From the NCBI RefSeq assembly GCF_009914755.1, contig NC_060938.1: a stretch of DNA of 64,000 nt, one strand, 5' to 3'. Position 1 is the first letter of the stretch; every line of letters starts with the position of its first letter. Both the position numbers and the translations under genes were made by a program. Below are positions 44,139-57,009 of this stretch, one piece after another. Below the pieces are notes generated by a model. The model was not told the DNA's origin. It saw only the letters and a list, made by a program, of their open reading frames with translations, and made no database searches. Origin of the DNA: the human T2T-CHM13v2.0 reference genome, Homo sapiens.

Positions 44139-45963
44139 GCTCTGGAGCCAGCCATCTGGCCATGGCTTCTGACCTTAGATGGGTCGTATGTTTCCCTGGA
44201 GCCTACAGTTGCTGTGCCCATTTCTTTATTTTCAAGCTTCCTCTCTGGCAGAGCAGCAGCTCCCCCAGTTTGGCCAGTCTTGTGTTGCTCTTCTGGGGGC
44301 CAAGCCTAGACCCTGCTTCTCTAGATTTTCCAAAGATGTGAGCACCCATGTCCTTGTAGGAAACCCCTTTCTTTGTAAAAGAACTAGATTGCCTTTTGTT
44401 ATCTATAGCTGAACTCCCACTGATACTTTTCTGTTTCCAAGATGTTTTTTTTTTTCTAATTTAGAGCTTTATTTTTCATTTGACATGGATGAGAGTCTCT
44501 TTTCTGCAATTTGGCATTTCTATAGTTTGGTCATGGGCAGAAGAATATATTAGAACTAAAAACTAATAATCACAATATTTAGCACTTAGAGGTATAGCAT
44601 TCCATGCCTCACCTGTGTTGCCTCTACTTTCTCTGTAGCCTTGTAAGGTAGGTAGGTATCATTAGATGAGGAGACTAAGGCTCAGAAGGATTGAGTTGTA
44701 TGATTGGGGTCACATAGCTAGTGAGTGGTGGGGTTGAGGTTGAAATCCTGTTCTAGTGCCTGCTCTGCACTTCCTGCTCCTGTTCACCTGGAAAAAAACC
44801 AAGGCAAGATAAATGCATGTTCTATTAAACAATCTTTATTATAATGATATTAAAGCTCTTTGGCTTCCTAATGATTTTTTTGTGAAGAAAAAGGATTTCC
44901 AGTCTTTCACACTTTTTTTTTGTACTAGCTTATATTTGTACTAGCTTATATTGTACTAGCCAATATATTTTCTTAAATTGACTTGCTAGTATTAATTGAA
45001 TTTATTTTCAAAGAAGGAATTTGTAAAAGTAAATGCATGACTATTGAAAATTTGTTCTACATAAAATCATCTCATTTTATTCCAGTCATATTATATTTTG
45101 GGAAACATTGTACTTCACAGTATTATTGTTTGATGGGTATAGCTAGAAGAGTAATCAGAGTGCGGGAGGGAAGAACATCAAATGCCAGCTGAGATGGGTG
45201 AGGGAAAGAGAATGAACAAGAAACATAAGGTGACTGCCAGGGCAGACAGGTCAGAGTCAGAAGCAATAATAGCCTTTAACTTTGAGAGTCCCAGTCTACA
45301 TTCTTAGTGTGTTGTAACAGTAAGATCTTACTCCCAGAGCTTCTCCAATGTCACAAAAAAGTTTTGTTAGTCAAAGCCTTGGACCCATTGATTTCCAAAA
45401 ATAACAGGAATCTTAATGACCATTCACGATGAGGTACCAGACTTTGTTCAAAATCTCTTCCTCTTCTCACTCATCTTTGCCTGGCTAATTTATTCTCAGG
45501 AAGGGCCTTATTTCCCTATCTAGGAGGGTGGCTTAGATCTTTTGTTATATGTTCCCACAGCACTGTCACCTTCTCTTTGGGAATGCCCTTCACATCTGTG
45601 TATCCTTGTTTAATGGTTGTCTTCCTCACCAGACTGGAAACTCTTTCTCACCAGACTGGAAACTCAGATTATGTATATCTGTTCACCACTGCATCACCAA
45701 TGCTTATCACAGTTCCTGGCATATAGCAGGTGCTTCATAAACATTTGATGTGTTTATTTAAGGAAAAGACAGGTATGGACACTCACACAGGACTTTGTGA
45801 CCCAATACACTACAGATATATGTTTTACTATTCATTTATACAGTAAAGTGAGCATCCTTTGAGATTTCAGGCAAGCCGTGACAAAGCAGTGACTGCCTGC
45901 ATCCTCAGTACTTTTATTTAACAGTTCATCCTTAGTGTCCACATAGCTTTAACTATGCCTAAC

Positions 45964-45965
<2 letters not shown>

Positions 45966-46011
<46 letters not shown>
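45966..46011. repeat. (CA)n microsatellite, about 23 pure units
   Basis: Direct inspection. Confidence 0.98.
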
Positions 46012-46013
<2 letters not shown>

Positions 46014-48959
46014 CATCCTTAGGATCAGAAGATAAGATTAACCGTGAAAAATGAAGTTTCAAGGAAAATCAAGACATAATGCATGAATCAACCTGCTATA
46101 AAAACACTCAAAGGATTAGTCAACCAGTAGTAGCTGAAAACAAAACTCTGTCAAGGTGACAAGGTTGTAATGTCTGAAACAATGATGTATCAACATCTCA
46201 ACCTAATCATTGTACTCTTTATAATTGGATGATGACATAACATAATCAAGTTGTAACCCAGTAAAGTCGAGTGCATATGAGACCACGCAGATTTTTAATT
46301 TCTATGCTTTCTTAAGAAAGGTTGTACTAATCAAAGGGGCATGGTGGGTGTGGAACTTAGAATAGGAGGAGGAGGGAATGATCAGAGTGTAAACATTTAT
46401 ATGCATGTTTCTGGTTCTGTCTGCTGAACAGATTCTCTAAACAGTGCACAGGAACATTCTGATCTTTTGACCTCTTCCCAGTTGGTAAATTTCCATCAAG
46501 TATGTGGAACATACCATTGTCATAGCTTTAATTCACTAAACCAACAAGGCAATTCAACAACTTCTTTTCCTGATTCTATTCTATCCAAGAAGTCTTCCAA
46601 TGATAATTTGGTTTTACATATGGATATGCAGAACAGTATATGTAGTGAAGTAAGCTTCCATTTTATTGTAAAATAAAATCATACGTATGCAGAATATATT
46701 ACATTTTCATATAAAGCCTTAAATGAGTTTCATACATCAGACTTTAACAATGAGTGCCTGTAGAGAATGGGATTGATGGTGTAGAGTTCATTGGTAGAAG
46801 CTGCGTGAGAATTTTAAGAGATCCTCAGTTTGATTTTTTTTTAACTTTTGACACTTCTGCATTCTCTGATTTATGTATTTTTAAATCATTGAGCACAACT
46901 TAGTTTTATAATAGGAAAAATATAAAATTATCCGCCTCCCAAGTTAAAATAGCTTACTCGAGGCAACATTTCAGACTCTAAAAGTCCCACATTGCCTTTT
47001 TCCATGTATGCCTGCAGTAGACTCTGAGCTAGAGCTGGCAGAGCAGGAGTCGTTCAGAGGTCCCACTGGTCTAGGAAGGTTCTGTCCACAAAGCATCGCA
47101 GGTCCATGTTTGCATGATGACCATCTCTTGGGAAGAACCTAGCCTTAAAAATATTTTTCTAAAATACATAGGGTAATGACCATAGTCACTTAAGTTTCTG
47201 AGGAAAATATGAAACTTACTACCTAAACCTGTGAGTCAATTGAGGTCTTTTATCTTCCCAGGACTACAATTTTAATTTATCTGCAGAATGATCTGTTCAT
47301 TTGCATGTGCTTGTTTGATGATTTTGCTTTGCTTTAGAGCTGTTACTTCGCTGAAAATAAAAAGATCTCCAAAGCCTCTGATAGAAAGAAAAAAGGATAA
47401 TCACTGAAAACTTTGTCTTAACGTATCTATCAACTTTATGACACAAATTTTAAAAGAGAAAAGAATCTTGGGAGGCCAGTGGTTTATGCTGATAATACCT
47501 GTAATTTTTCAACGTGACTTAAAAGCAATAAATCACTAAGTGGAAAAAGCATCATTTACATTTCAAATACAAATATACTCCTTAATCTTACTTCAATTGG
47601 TTAATAGGTTAGACAATTCAATTTATTGCGTATATATAAAGTATCATATGATTTTACATATAAAGTATGTTATTTTATGTATATATTATATAAAACCACA
47701 TGACACTTTAAAGTACAATTTGTACTTATATGGTTGTAAGACTTAAGGGAAAGATTCCTAATTGTTTTGTATGAAGCATTGCTTTTTTTCTGTAACCTTC
47801 CCATAGAAGACCTGTGTAAGTCTACAAATCGACTTATATTTAAAGAAAGAAAAAGTAATTGGGAATTTAACTTAATATTTATGTCATTCTTGCATTTATG
47901 TCATTCTTCCATTCTTAGTATTTATGTCATTATTACTCTTACCCAGTAGTAATTTTGTTAAAAAGCTTGTTATAAGCCACTAAATGCTGAATTTATTAGA
48001 TTGGGAGAGCATCATTTAGGAATGTTTGCTTTATAAGTCAGGAACAAATCTCTCTTTTGAATGTGAAGACCAAGATAAGAATTTTAGTATCTAAGTTAAG
48101 GTGTTTTATTCTGCAAAAAATAGAGATGAGGTCTTCTTTCCTTAAAAATGATAGAGCAATGATTTTTATTAAAGTCTTGGAGTCCTATTCAGAAAATTGA
48201 CAAATTCTGTAGTAGAACTCTGTGCCTTTGAAATGTGGGAGACATCTCACCACAACTTCTCCATGTATAATTTATCCTGAATAATGTATGAGTTGTGTAA
48301 TAGCCCTGCAGCACATTCTCATCTTCACAGATTACTGACTTCTCTAGTATTGCATCTTCTGCTTTCCATTCCTGTGCTGTGTGTTTACTATATGAAGTCT
48401 TTGATGGCGAGCAGAAAAGGTGGGAGAAGAATATTTGAGAACTGAAAATCCTTGGCAATCCAGGAAATAGTTTAGTATACTAGACTTCTCATTGTAGCTT
48501 GGTAATGAAAATGTGATTTTTGCATAGAACTTGCCTCTAGAGTTTTGGAAACTGGGATTTCTTTACAACTCGGGAAATAAGTGAGTAGCCGAAGAGTATC
48601 AGCTTAACTTCAGGAATGTTAAAGGGGGTACTGGCATAGGGCACTGGGAGGGTTGAGAGGGAAGAGAAATTTAAGTTATTTAACTGGAAAGTAATTTAAA
48701 ATATTTTTACATCAAAAGATACAGCTATGTCATGGGATAGAATTTTAAAAATTCACATGAATCTTAGTGGTAAGGCACAGGGCTTTGTAGACATTTCTCC
48801 TTTTTGGGTGGCTGCTTTGGGATATGCCACAGACCCACAGGCTGGCATTCACTCCGCTAAGGACCATGAGACAACAGCAGCCTCTGCCACCCCAGTCCCT
48901 CATCAGCACTGTTTTCTGAAGCCCCTTCAACAGCAAGTGCCCACCGGATCCTCCCAACG

Positions 48960-49530
48960 AGCTGTTAGCCCATTTTGCAGATGAGAAAAACTTGGGTACA
49001 GAAAGATTAGGTGGCTTATTGAGGTCCCGCATATAAGGACAGAGCCACAATACAACCCAGGCTACCTGCAAAACACCATTTCAGGAAAGCTTTGGAATGG
49101 AAAATACCAATAAAGCAAGATTTAAAAACCCTGAAGCCCTCTCTTGCAAGTTTTTATTTAAACGATTCTAATAGAATGCATTCTTGACCAGACGTAGAGT
49201 AATTCATTTCTCAAAGTACTTTCAATGATACATGTATTTTTTAATTAGTATTTTAAGTGCCATCTTCATGTCTACTTAGATTCATTCTATGCTATATAAA
49301 ATATGGGAAATAATAAAAACACTTAAGCACTTACTAAATGTCAAGACCTTTTCTAAATGCTGTATGTGTACTATCTCTTTAATTACTGCAACCACTCTAT
49401 GAAGCTGTTATGATTAATATCCCCATTTCATAGATGAGAAAATGGTAGTGGAGAGAGGCAGGGTTATTTGCCTAAAGCAAAATGTGTAGTAAGAGGTGAG
49501 GTGGAACAATTTGACTCCAGGACCTCTGCT
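48960..49530 (-). mobile_element. MIR fragments (about 48960-49070 and 49310-49530)
   Basis: cccattttgcagatgagaaaa; ccccatttcatagatgagaaaa. Confidence 0.65.
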
Positions 49531-50439
49531 TTACCATGATCCTAAACGGCATAAGGAGAAAAAGGACGGAGGCCCCCGTCCTGTACAAAGGAGGTGACTG
49601 TCAGCGGCTTCCAGGCCTCAAGGAAATCTGTGCCCTGGAAATTCTATCTCTTGGCACCCCAGAAATTTTATGTCTCCTTGAGGACTTCAGGAACTTTATG
49701 TTTCATCCTGTGTTTGAAATAGCCTAAACCCAAAGTGGCCGATTCAATTTTGCTTTAAAATGAGGAAGATTAGAGGATAAAACACAACCTTAAAACCAAA
49801 TAATTAACTTCACAATGCTGTAGGGTTATAGCTACTGCTAAGCCAGAACTTTATTTTCTAGATGCTAAGTCACTCTGAGATTTATCCCTGAAAGTTTATA
49901 GGAAAAAGAAAGGAATCTCTGAGAGGAAATAGCTAATGCTGACTGGGTGCTCAAACAGGACAGGGGTTTAAGAGTAATTTTTGCCATTAAGCTCTCCTGT
50001 AACCCACAAGCAATAAATGACAGTCTTTTAAAAACGACAACGGCTTATCGAATTCTTGGGCACCACACAGGAAAGAACTCGATCAATTTCTCTACACTTG
50101 TAATGTCAAGAGGAGTCATACTCTAGACCTCTGTTATAAAAGAGGAATTGTTTATGGCTATTGAAAAATCCTTGTGGAACTGTCCATCAAACTTTATGAA
50201 ATATGTGAGTTACTTAGGTATCAGCTTTCTGGATCTAATTTTCTTTCCAGAGCACTTGGAATCAAACCTTTTTCTTACTGGCTGGTTTCACACTGCTAAA
50301 CATTGAGCAGTTTTACTCTTTTCTCTCCTCTCCTACCTGTTTTTATTGACTCTCTTCCTATCCTTTTTTCTTTTCTTCATCTCCTATTCTGAGATGAAGA
50401 AACTCTTACTTTTTCTCAAAATGGAGTCTGTGGTCCACC

Positions 50440-50770
50440 TGTGTCAGAGAAGGCTGGGATGCTTACTAAAATTTCAAATTTCAGGCCTTACCTCAACTGT
50501 ACTAACTCAGATTTTTTGGGAGTGGTACCCAAGAAACTGAATTTCAGTAAGCTCCCAAGGAGATTCCTATTCACATTGAAATAGAGAAGGTCTGATTTAG
50601 TGGTTTTCAAACTTAACTGTTGTGGAGGGCTTGTTAAAAACACAGATGTCTAGGCCTTGCCCCAGAGTTTCTGATTCAGGAGGTCCTGGGTAGACCTGGG
50701 GCTTGCATTTCTATAGGGTTCCTGGGTGATGCTAATGCCGCTGCTGTTTTGAAAACCCCACTTTAAGGAC
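50440..50770. mobile_element. MER5-type DNA transposon fragments
   Basis: agtggttttcaaactt...cttgttaaaaacacagat...cccagagtttctgattcag...ggtgatgctaatgc. Confidence 0.7.
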
Positions 50771-50984
50771 TCTAGAGCTTTGAGAACCTCTAATCTAATC
50801 TTTGAAGTTCTGAAAAAAACTTTTAAATAAAACATAACCTAAAATGTTGAGTGTTAACTATTTTAGTTGTAAAAATAAAAACATTACAAAAACACCTACA
50901 TTTCTACCTGTACCTCTGTGTGTATCATTCCTCACTCTCCATCTCTACATATTGAACCCTGCTCATCTCAGAGGGTGATAGTCC

Positions 50985-51341
50985 TGATATGGGCTGGCTC
51001 TGTGTCCCCACCTGAATGTTATCTAGAATAGTAGTCCCCACGTGCTGAGGGAGGGAGGTGATTGGATTGTGGGTGTGGTTTCCCCATGCTGCTCTCCTGA
51101 TAGTGAGTGAATTCTTACGAGATCTGACGGTTTAAAAGTTGTTTGGCAGTCCCCTCCTTGCACGCTGTCTCTCCTGCCGCCTTGTGAAGAAGGTGCTTGC
51201 TTCCCCTTCACCTTCCAGCATGACTGTAAGTTTCCTGAGGCTTCCCAAGCCATGTGGAATTGTGGGCCAGTGAAAACTCTTTCCTTTATAAATTACCTTG
51301 TCTCAGGCAGTTTTTACAGCGGTGTGAAAGTGGTCTAATAG
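50985..51341 (+). mobile_element. THE1-type MaLR solo LTR inserted in an L2
   Basis: tgatatgggctggctctgtgtccccacc...ggtctaata; TSD AGTCC at 50980-50984 and 51342-51346. Confidence 0.9.
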
Positions 51342-54300
51342 AGTCCTCCTCCAGGAGACCATCCTTGATTCGTACAACAAATGTGTGTCATCTCTCTCCT
51401 CAGCCCCAACCCCCACACTGGCTTTCTACTTCTTTGTGGACACTGATTCCCTTCTACATGGGTGTGCAGTTGTTTGTGTTTGGGAGAAGATGTTTCATCT
51501 TTCCTACCATATTGCAAGCTCCTAAACACAAGGTTTTTGCCTTTTAAATTCTGTTTTGCCCTGCAGTATATAGAGTAGTCCTAGGCACTTTGGTGATGCT
51601 CAACAGATGTTTGAGTAAGAATAAATGAATGCTTTAGTGGGTGAAGGGTGCATTTAATTCCTTTAAATTAGAGCTAGACTATTAAGGTTTCATATCTTCC
51701 ACCTGAAGGATCCTTCCACCTGAAGGATCTTTCTTCACAAGAGTGATGGCCATTCTTTTCTTTCATTTGACTGAGAAGGTAGGTAGTGTTTGGGATGAGC
51801 CCCCTTATAGAAAAACTTATTAAACTCCAAGGAACTCTCCAATAAGGTGTTGAGGCCTTGTTCTGGTATCTTAGAAAGATTTTCCTACTCTCTATGTAAA
51901 GTGTGTTTCCTGCCTCACCTGAGAACATGTTACAAATGCAGCATCCGGGGTCCTACCCCAGACCTCCTGAATGAGAATCTGCAGGTGACGTGTATGTGCA
52001 TTCATGTTTGAGAAGCGGTGCACTAAGAAGTTTCTTTCTTTGATTGAAAAAAGTACTTAAAATAGTACTCAAGTCAGTCCTTGACATTTTTGGTGATTAT
52101 AAGTTTGTTAATTTTTTTTTGTTTGTTTTACAAGACACTCTGTGGTAACTGGGAGTTCTGCCGAGGGTTTGTGACCATCATCAAAGATTCTTATTAAATG
52201 GGCATCATTTTATGTTAGACATATTAAAGAAACATAATTAATCTGAGCTTTGCCACAAAACCAGACATCATTGATGTGGGCAAGCATATATTAAGACATA
52301 ATTAAACATACGAAGCCTATAGACGCAGCATCAATACAACATGGGTGGATTTGTTTTTGAAATTTTTGTTATTCATCCTCTGTAATCTGTATTTCTTTGA
52401 TTTCAGAGTTTTCAAAACAATATATTTTTAGCTACTTGTCTATAAAAATTTGGTATTAAACTAAACAGAAATTTAGTAACCTGGGCTGGTTTTATAAAGA
52501 TTGATATTCCTGAGTACCTTTTGAATCTATCTCAATTTGTAATGAAAAAGAATAAAAATTCTGTCATATGGAAAACTAGTTATGCTATGTGGTACCCATT
52601 TTTGACTTTAATTTATAGTATAACCCATGTATAATGGATCAGGCATCAAAGGCATAATTAACAGTTTGAAGTAAATTCTCAAAAATAAGGAAAAGTGCTT
52701 ATATGCTTTGTATTAAAATGTTTACTCATAATTTAGAGTTCAGAGTATGCCATTATTATACAAATATAAAAACATTCATTTAAGCTTATTTGAGATTCCT
52801 GTACTTAGAATATTGATCCTTCCTGCTTTTCAGTGCATGGATTATGCAATATTTAATGTGTGAGGCTTACGTGGGATATAAACTTTCTTGGTTAATAAGA
52901 TCTCTTTCCTTTTATGACAGTTGCGATTCTGGTAATATGCTCATTAGAAAGGTCAGAGTGGCTGATTTGAAAATGTGTTCAGTACTGGGATGAGTATATT
53001 GGCAAGGCTTTTGAATGAGTTTGGGAACTTTATATGTCTTGTTCATAACTGTGCTCTTTTTCATTTCTCTGGGAGGTTTTATGTGACATAATTTAGCCAA
53101 AGAAGAGCAGTGTCATTAAAAAGCTATTTAAGATATGGATAGTATTACCAGCTGTAAACATTCTGCTTTCATAGGACCAAAAGCTTTAGAATAAGTGAAC
53201 ATAGCAGTTAATTATAAGCATATCTTTTTCCATTTTACATAATATTATAGGATTTGGATGAGTTATTTCTTTAGTGTTGAAGACTGTACTTTTAAATGTT
53301 CTACTTCCTAGCTATATCATTGCTGTTAAACTTCCAGCACACAATAATCAATATATTATTCACATTAACAATAATTTTGTTTCACTGAAACTGTCTTTGA
53401 GATTGAAAACAACCAATGCATGCTATCATTTCAGAATACAATAAAATGACCATGTTCATTATAAACAGATACAAAACAATACACATCTCTTCTTAATGGG
53501 AGCATAAAATCCTTTTCAAATTTGATATGTACTTTTCTAAGTTATATGAAGATTAGCATTGTAAACAGTCAAGTTTCTTATAAGCTTTATTTCCCCTTGG
53601 GGAATTTCACTTTCTTTTTCTTCTTTCTTTCCTCAACAAAATCCCAATAATTTCTAAATCAATAATGGAGCGGCCAGCTCATAGTAGGCATTTGATGTGT
53701 GTCTGTTGAAATTTGTATTTGGGGAAAAATTTTGATCCTTTAAAAAAGAAAGGTTTTAAAATGCAGACATGGGTTTCAGCAAATCGCAACAAAAAGTCAA
53801 TGCTAACAGCCAGGATATGGAAGGTAGTTATGTATGTTTTATATCAGTAATAACTAACATGCCTTTTAGTCTTGTATTATTGTGCTTTAATGTTTAGAAT
53901 AATAAACTTCTACGTAAATGCATATAAGTATATAAGTTCCTTGATCTCCCTATATGTCAGTTTTCTGAATCGAAGCAAATTAGCAGTAAAATAAGGCTGT
54001 TTCCAGAGATGAAATAGTTCAAAAGACTAAGGCACTTCTTTTTTTTTTTTTTTTTTGTAAAGTACGTATCTGGACTTAGGTTTAGAATTGCATGTCTGGA
54101 AAAACTATTCATAATCTGCTTTTCTCTCCTTTTCTTTTATTTTTGCCTGTATTTATTTTGGCCAGCTGGTGAGACAGATCTTTTTCAGGGCTCAGCCTTC
54201 CAGTCTGAGCGTGGTTCTCCAAAACCAATCTTTGGATTAAATTCCTGTTTTATTCTCTCTGGTGTCTGAACAGTGTTGATGTCAGGGGGCCATGGTGACC

Positions 54301-55044
54301 CAGTTGTCTGTCCCAAGTGGCTGGTGGCTTGCCAAGTAAAGAGCTTAACTAGGCGGCCACACACTGTTGCATAGTATTGCACCTTAGCTAAGCAGCGGCC
54401 ACACACTCTTGCACCTGGGGAAGGAGGTTGGGGTAGAATCCTTGGTCAATCTGTCTTACCTTTGTGTCTCTCATGTCAGTTGTCTTGTATGAAGGTAGAC
54501 ACAGAGGTCTCCTGATAAAATAAATGGTCCTTTACTCCCTTCCTAGTGTGGCTTTCACCTTGTCTCTAGTCTTGTCAGTACATCTGATGGGCTCACACAA
54601 AGATTGATCTGAGGAGGCTGGGGCTTAAAAGTTATCCTTGTCCTGAAAATATTCCATGGCTTTGATTCTGGGGGAAAATGGTAAAATTTGGTTCCATTCT
54701 CCGTATAATTTGTTCTAATACGGTTTGAAGATCTTTAGTTAAGTTTGGGCTCTAAGCATCACAGTCAGCCTGAGAAATGACCTTTCTTCTCAGAGGTTCT
54801 GGAATTCCAGACCTAGGCATCCCCTGACAAAATCAGATGGGGTGTATTGACTGGGAACCAATTTTCATTTGGGGTTGGGCAGGCTTAACAAGTGGCTAGT
54901 TCCCTTCTCTGTCAGCTGTAACACTGGCACATGAACACAGAAGATTTAAAGGGGTCTATACCTCACAGTACTATAACCTTGAATGTGAAGGTCTCAGCTG
55001 ATGTTGTCACAAAACAGACAGGCTACAATTGAAACCCTTGAGCA

Positions 55045-55186
55045 CCTCTCCCCTCCCTCTTATCCTCCCTCCGCCTCCTTCCTCCCTCCCTTCCTCCCTT
55101 TTTCCCTTACTCTCTTCCTCCCTCCCTCCTTTCCTTCCTCCCTTCCTCCTCTCCTCCCTTCTTCCCTGCCTCCCTTCCTTCCTCCC
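55045..55186. repeat. CT-rich low-complexity tract (CCT/CCTT)
   Basis: Direct inspection. Confidence 0.9.
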
Positions 55187-56125
55187 ATGTGCTCACTACA
55201 TACAAAATGGCCACTTTCAGCTTCCCCTGCTTGGGATCAATGAGGCAACCTGGTATGGTAGAAAGGCAACAGAAAGGTCTGGGTGTCAGAATGAGGCTTC
55301 GTAGTCATGTCTCTACTAGCTATGTGACTTCAGTTAACTGCTCTGAACCTATTTTCTTATCTGCAGCATAGGCCTTCAAGTCCCTTCTAGCCTTAAGGTC
55401 TATGGGTTTGATGGGAATAATATTACCTGCCTACCTGACTGAGTTGTTGTGGGAATTAAAGGAGATCATATTTATGAAACTACTCTTTAAACCCTCTACA
55501 AAAGATTAAGCAATATGATACTATTAATTCCCTCTGAAGAATCAAAATAGCTTGCAATTTACTTTTAATCTTCAAGATTGTGTACATATATCTTTTGTAT
55601 TTAGACCTTTAATGATGTGTACCATAATGCAGGACAAATGAACAGACTAATCTCTCTCTCACTAGATGTTACTCCAAGTCACATTCTAAAGCAGTGGGTT
55701 GGAGGGAGGAACTATTTTTATTTTTTTGAAAACAGAGATAAAATTAATCCCAGGTACACAGGGTTCTGGACTTTTTTTTTCCTACTCCTTTCAAAGTTCT
55801 GAGAAGCAGTTTACTCTTTCACACTAGAGATTGCTTAAATAGAGCTGGGGACTCAACATTGTTGGGGAGGAATAAGCTGTAGTCCAGAAGTGCCCACAGC
55901 CAGGGAACCCAGTTAGAAGTGAGGGACGGTGAGTGGTGGCTGCAGGCAAGACACACTCAGAGCCCAAAGGGAAGTAATGGTAACCTTTGTACCTGGCTGT
56001 CACTGTTGAGACACAGCAGTAGCATTATATTAGGTCCTCTATCCTCTTGTGATAGTAAAAGAGTATTTTTTATAGTTCCAGTTCAAAGAGTGACAAAGAA
56101 ACTAAAATGTCCCAAATATTTTAAA

Positions 56126-56131
56126 TCTGTC

Positions 56132-56187
<56 letters not shown>

Positions 56188-56275
56188 ATGTATGTACGTA
56201 TCTATCTATCTAGTCTGTCCATCTATCTAGTCTGTCTGTCTGTCTACCTACCTACCTATTTGTCTACCTACCTAA
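56126..56275. repeat. Compound tetranucleotide STR, (TCTA)13 core at 56132-56183 plus TCTG/CCTA units; probably marker D14S306
   Basis: Repeat seen directly; marker name from recalled primer sequences matching the flanks. Confidence 0.95.
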
Positions 56276-57009
56276 TTTGGATGTAGCTGAGAGTAGCATA
56301 GAAAAAAAATAAGACTACTCGAGGCTCTGAATTGTTCCATAATTGCGCATGCTTCTGAGTCATCTTTCCATCTAGATTGTATGTTCCTTGAGGGCAGGAA
56401 CTATGTCTTAGGCTCTTTTCATGTCCCTCCCTTACCCTAATAGCATTGGACTCAGTCCTCAGCTCATCACAGGTGTTTGATAACTCCTATTGATGAAGAA
56501 GAGGTGGCTGGCAGACAGAAAGAGAGGGGAGGTGGGAACTCCCATTCTTCCTCTCGTTCTCTGTGTCCTTGAGTTTTGAGCTCATGGTTAAAGCTGAGAA
56601 TTAAGCACTGCCCTTACAACTGCTAGGTAAGCTCAGTAAGGTGTTGCAAGGTGGTGCAAAGGGCCCTGGGAGGAGGGTCCCAGTTGCCCACCCTTTGTCC
56701 ACTGCTTTGTGATGAATTCTAGATCACCTTGTGGTTACCTGCCTATTAGGAGGTGCTGTTGAAAAGCGACTTTAAAAAAATAGGACTTTGGGAGAGTGGG
56801 GCAGATCAAATGAAGGGACCAGCAGTGTTCATAATGGTGCTGAAATTTAATTTCAGTGCTGACCTTTTATTTGACATTTTAGATAATGCTATGGATGTGC
56901 TCAGCTATTTGTTCTTAACATATTTTCCATCTTTTGGGGGCACTAATCTACTTAAATTCAAAGTCAACAAAAGAATAGAGTAAATTTTTTGGCTTTACAA
57001 ATCACCCTT

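Larger units (their letters stand above)
43210..44426 (+). mobile_element. LTR33-like ERVL LTR split by MER53
   Basis: cattgcagctag...gatgtgatttagtttctgcca on the left; aaacccctttct...actgatac terminus on the right. Confidence 0.5.

Noticed and set aside
44920-51729. Small tandem duplications (44920-44960, 45625-45665, 47878-47931, 51696-51729)
   Set aside because: Ordinary slippage events with no functional cue
53153-53567. Forkhead TGTAAACA motifs as a FOXA1 enhancer
   Set aside because: Two or three hits in very AT-rich DNA are expected by chance
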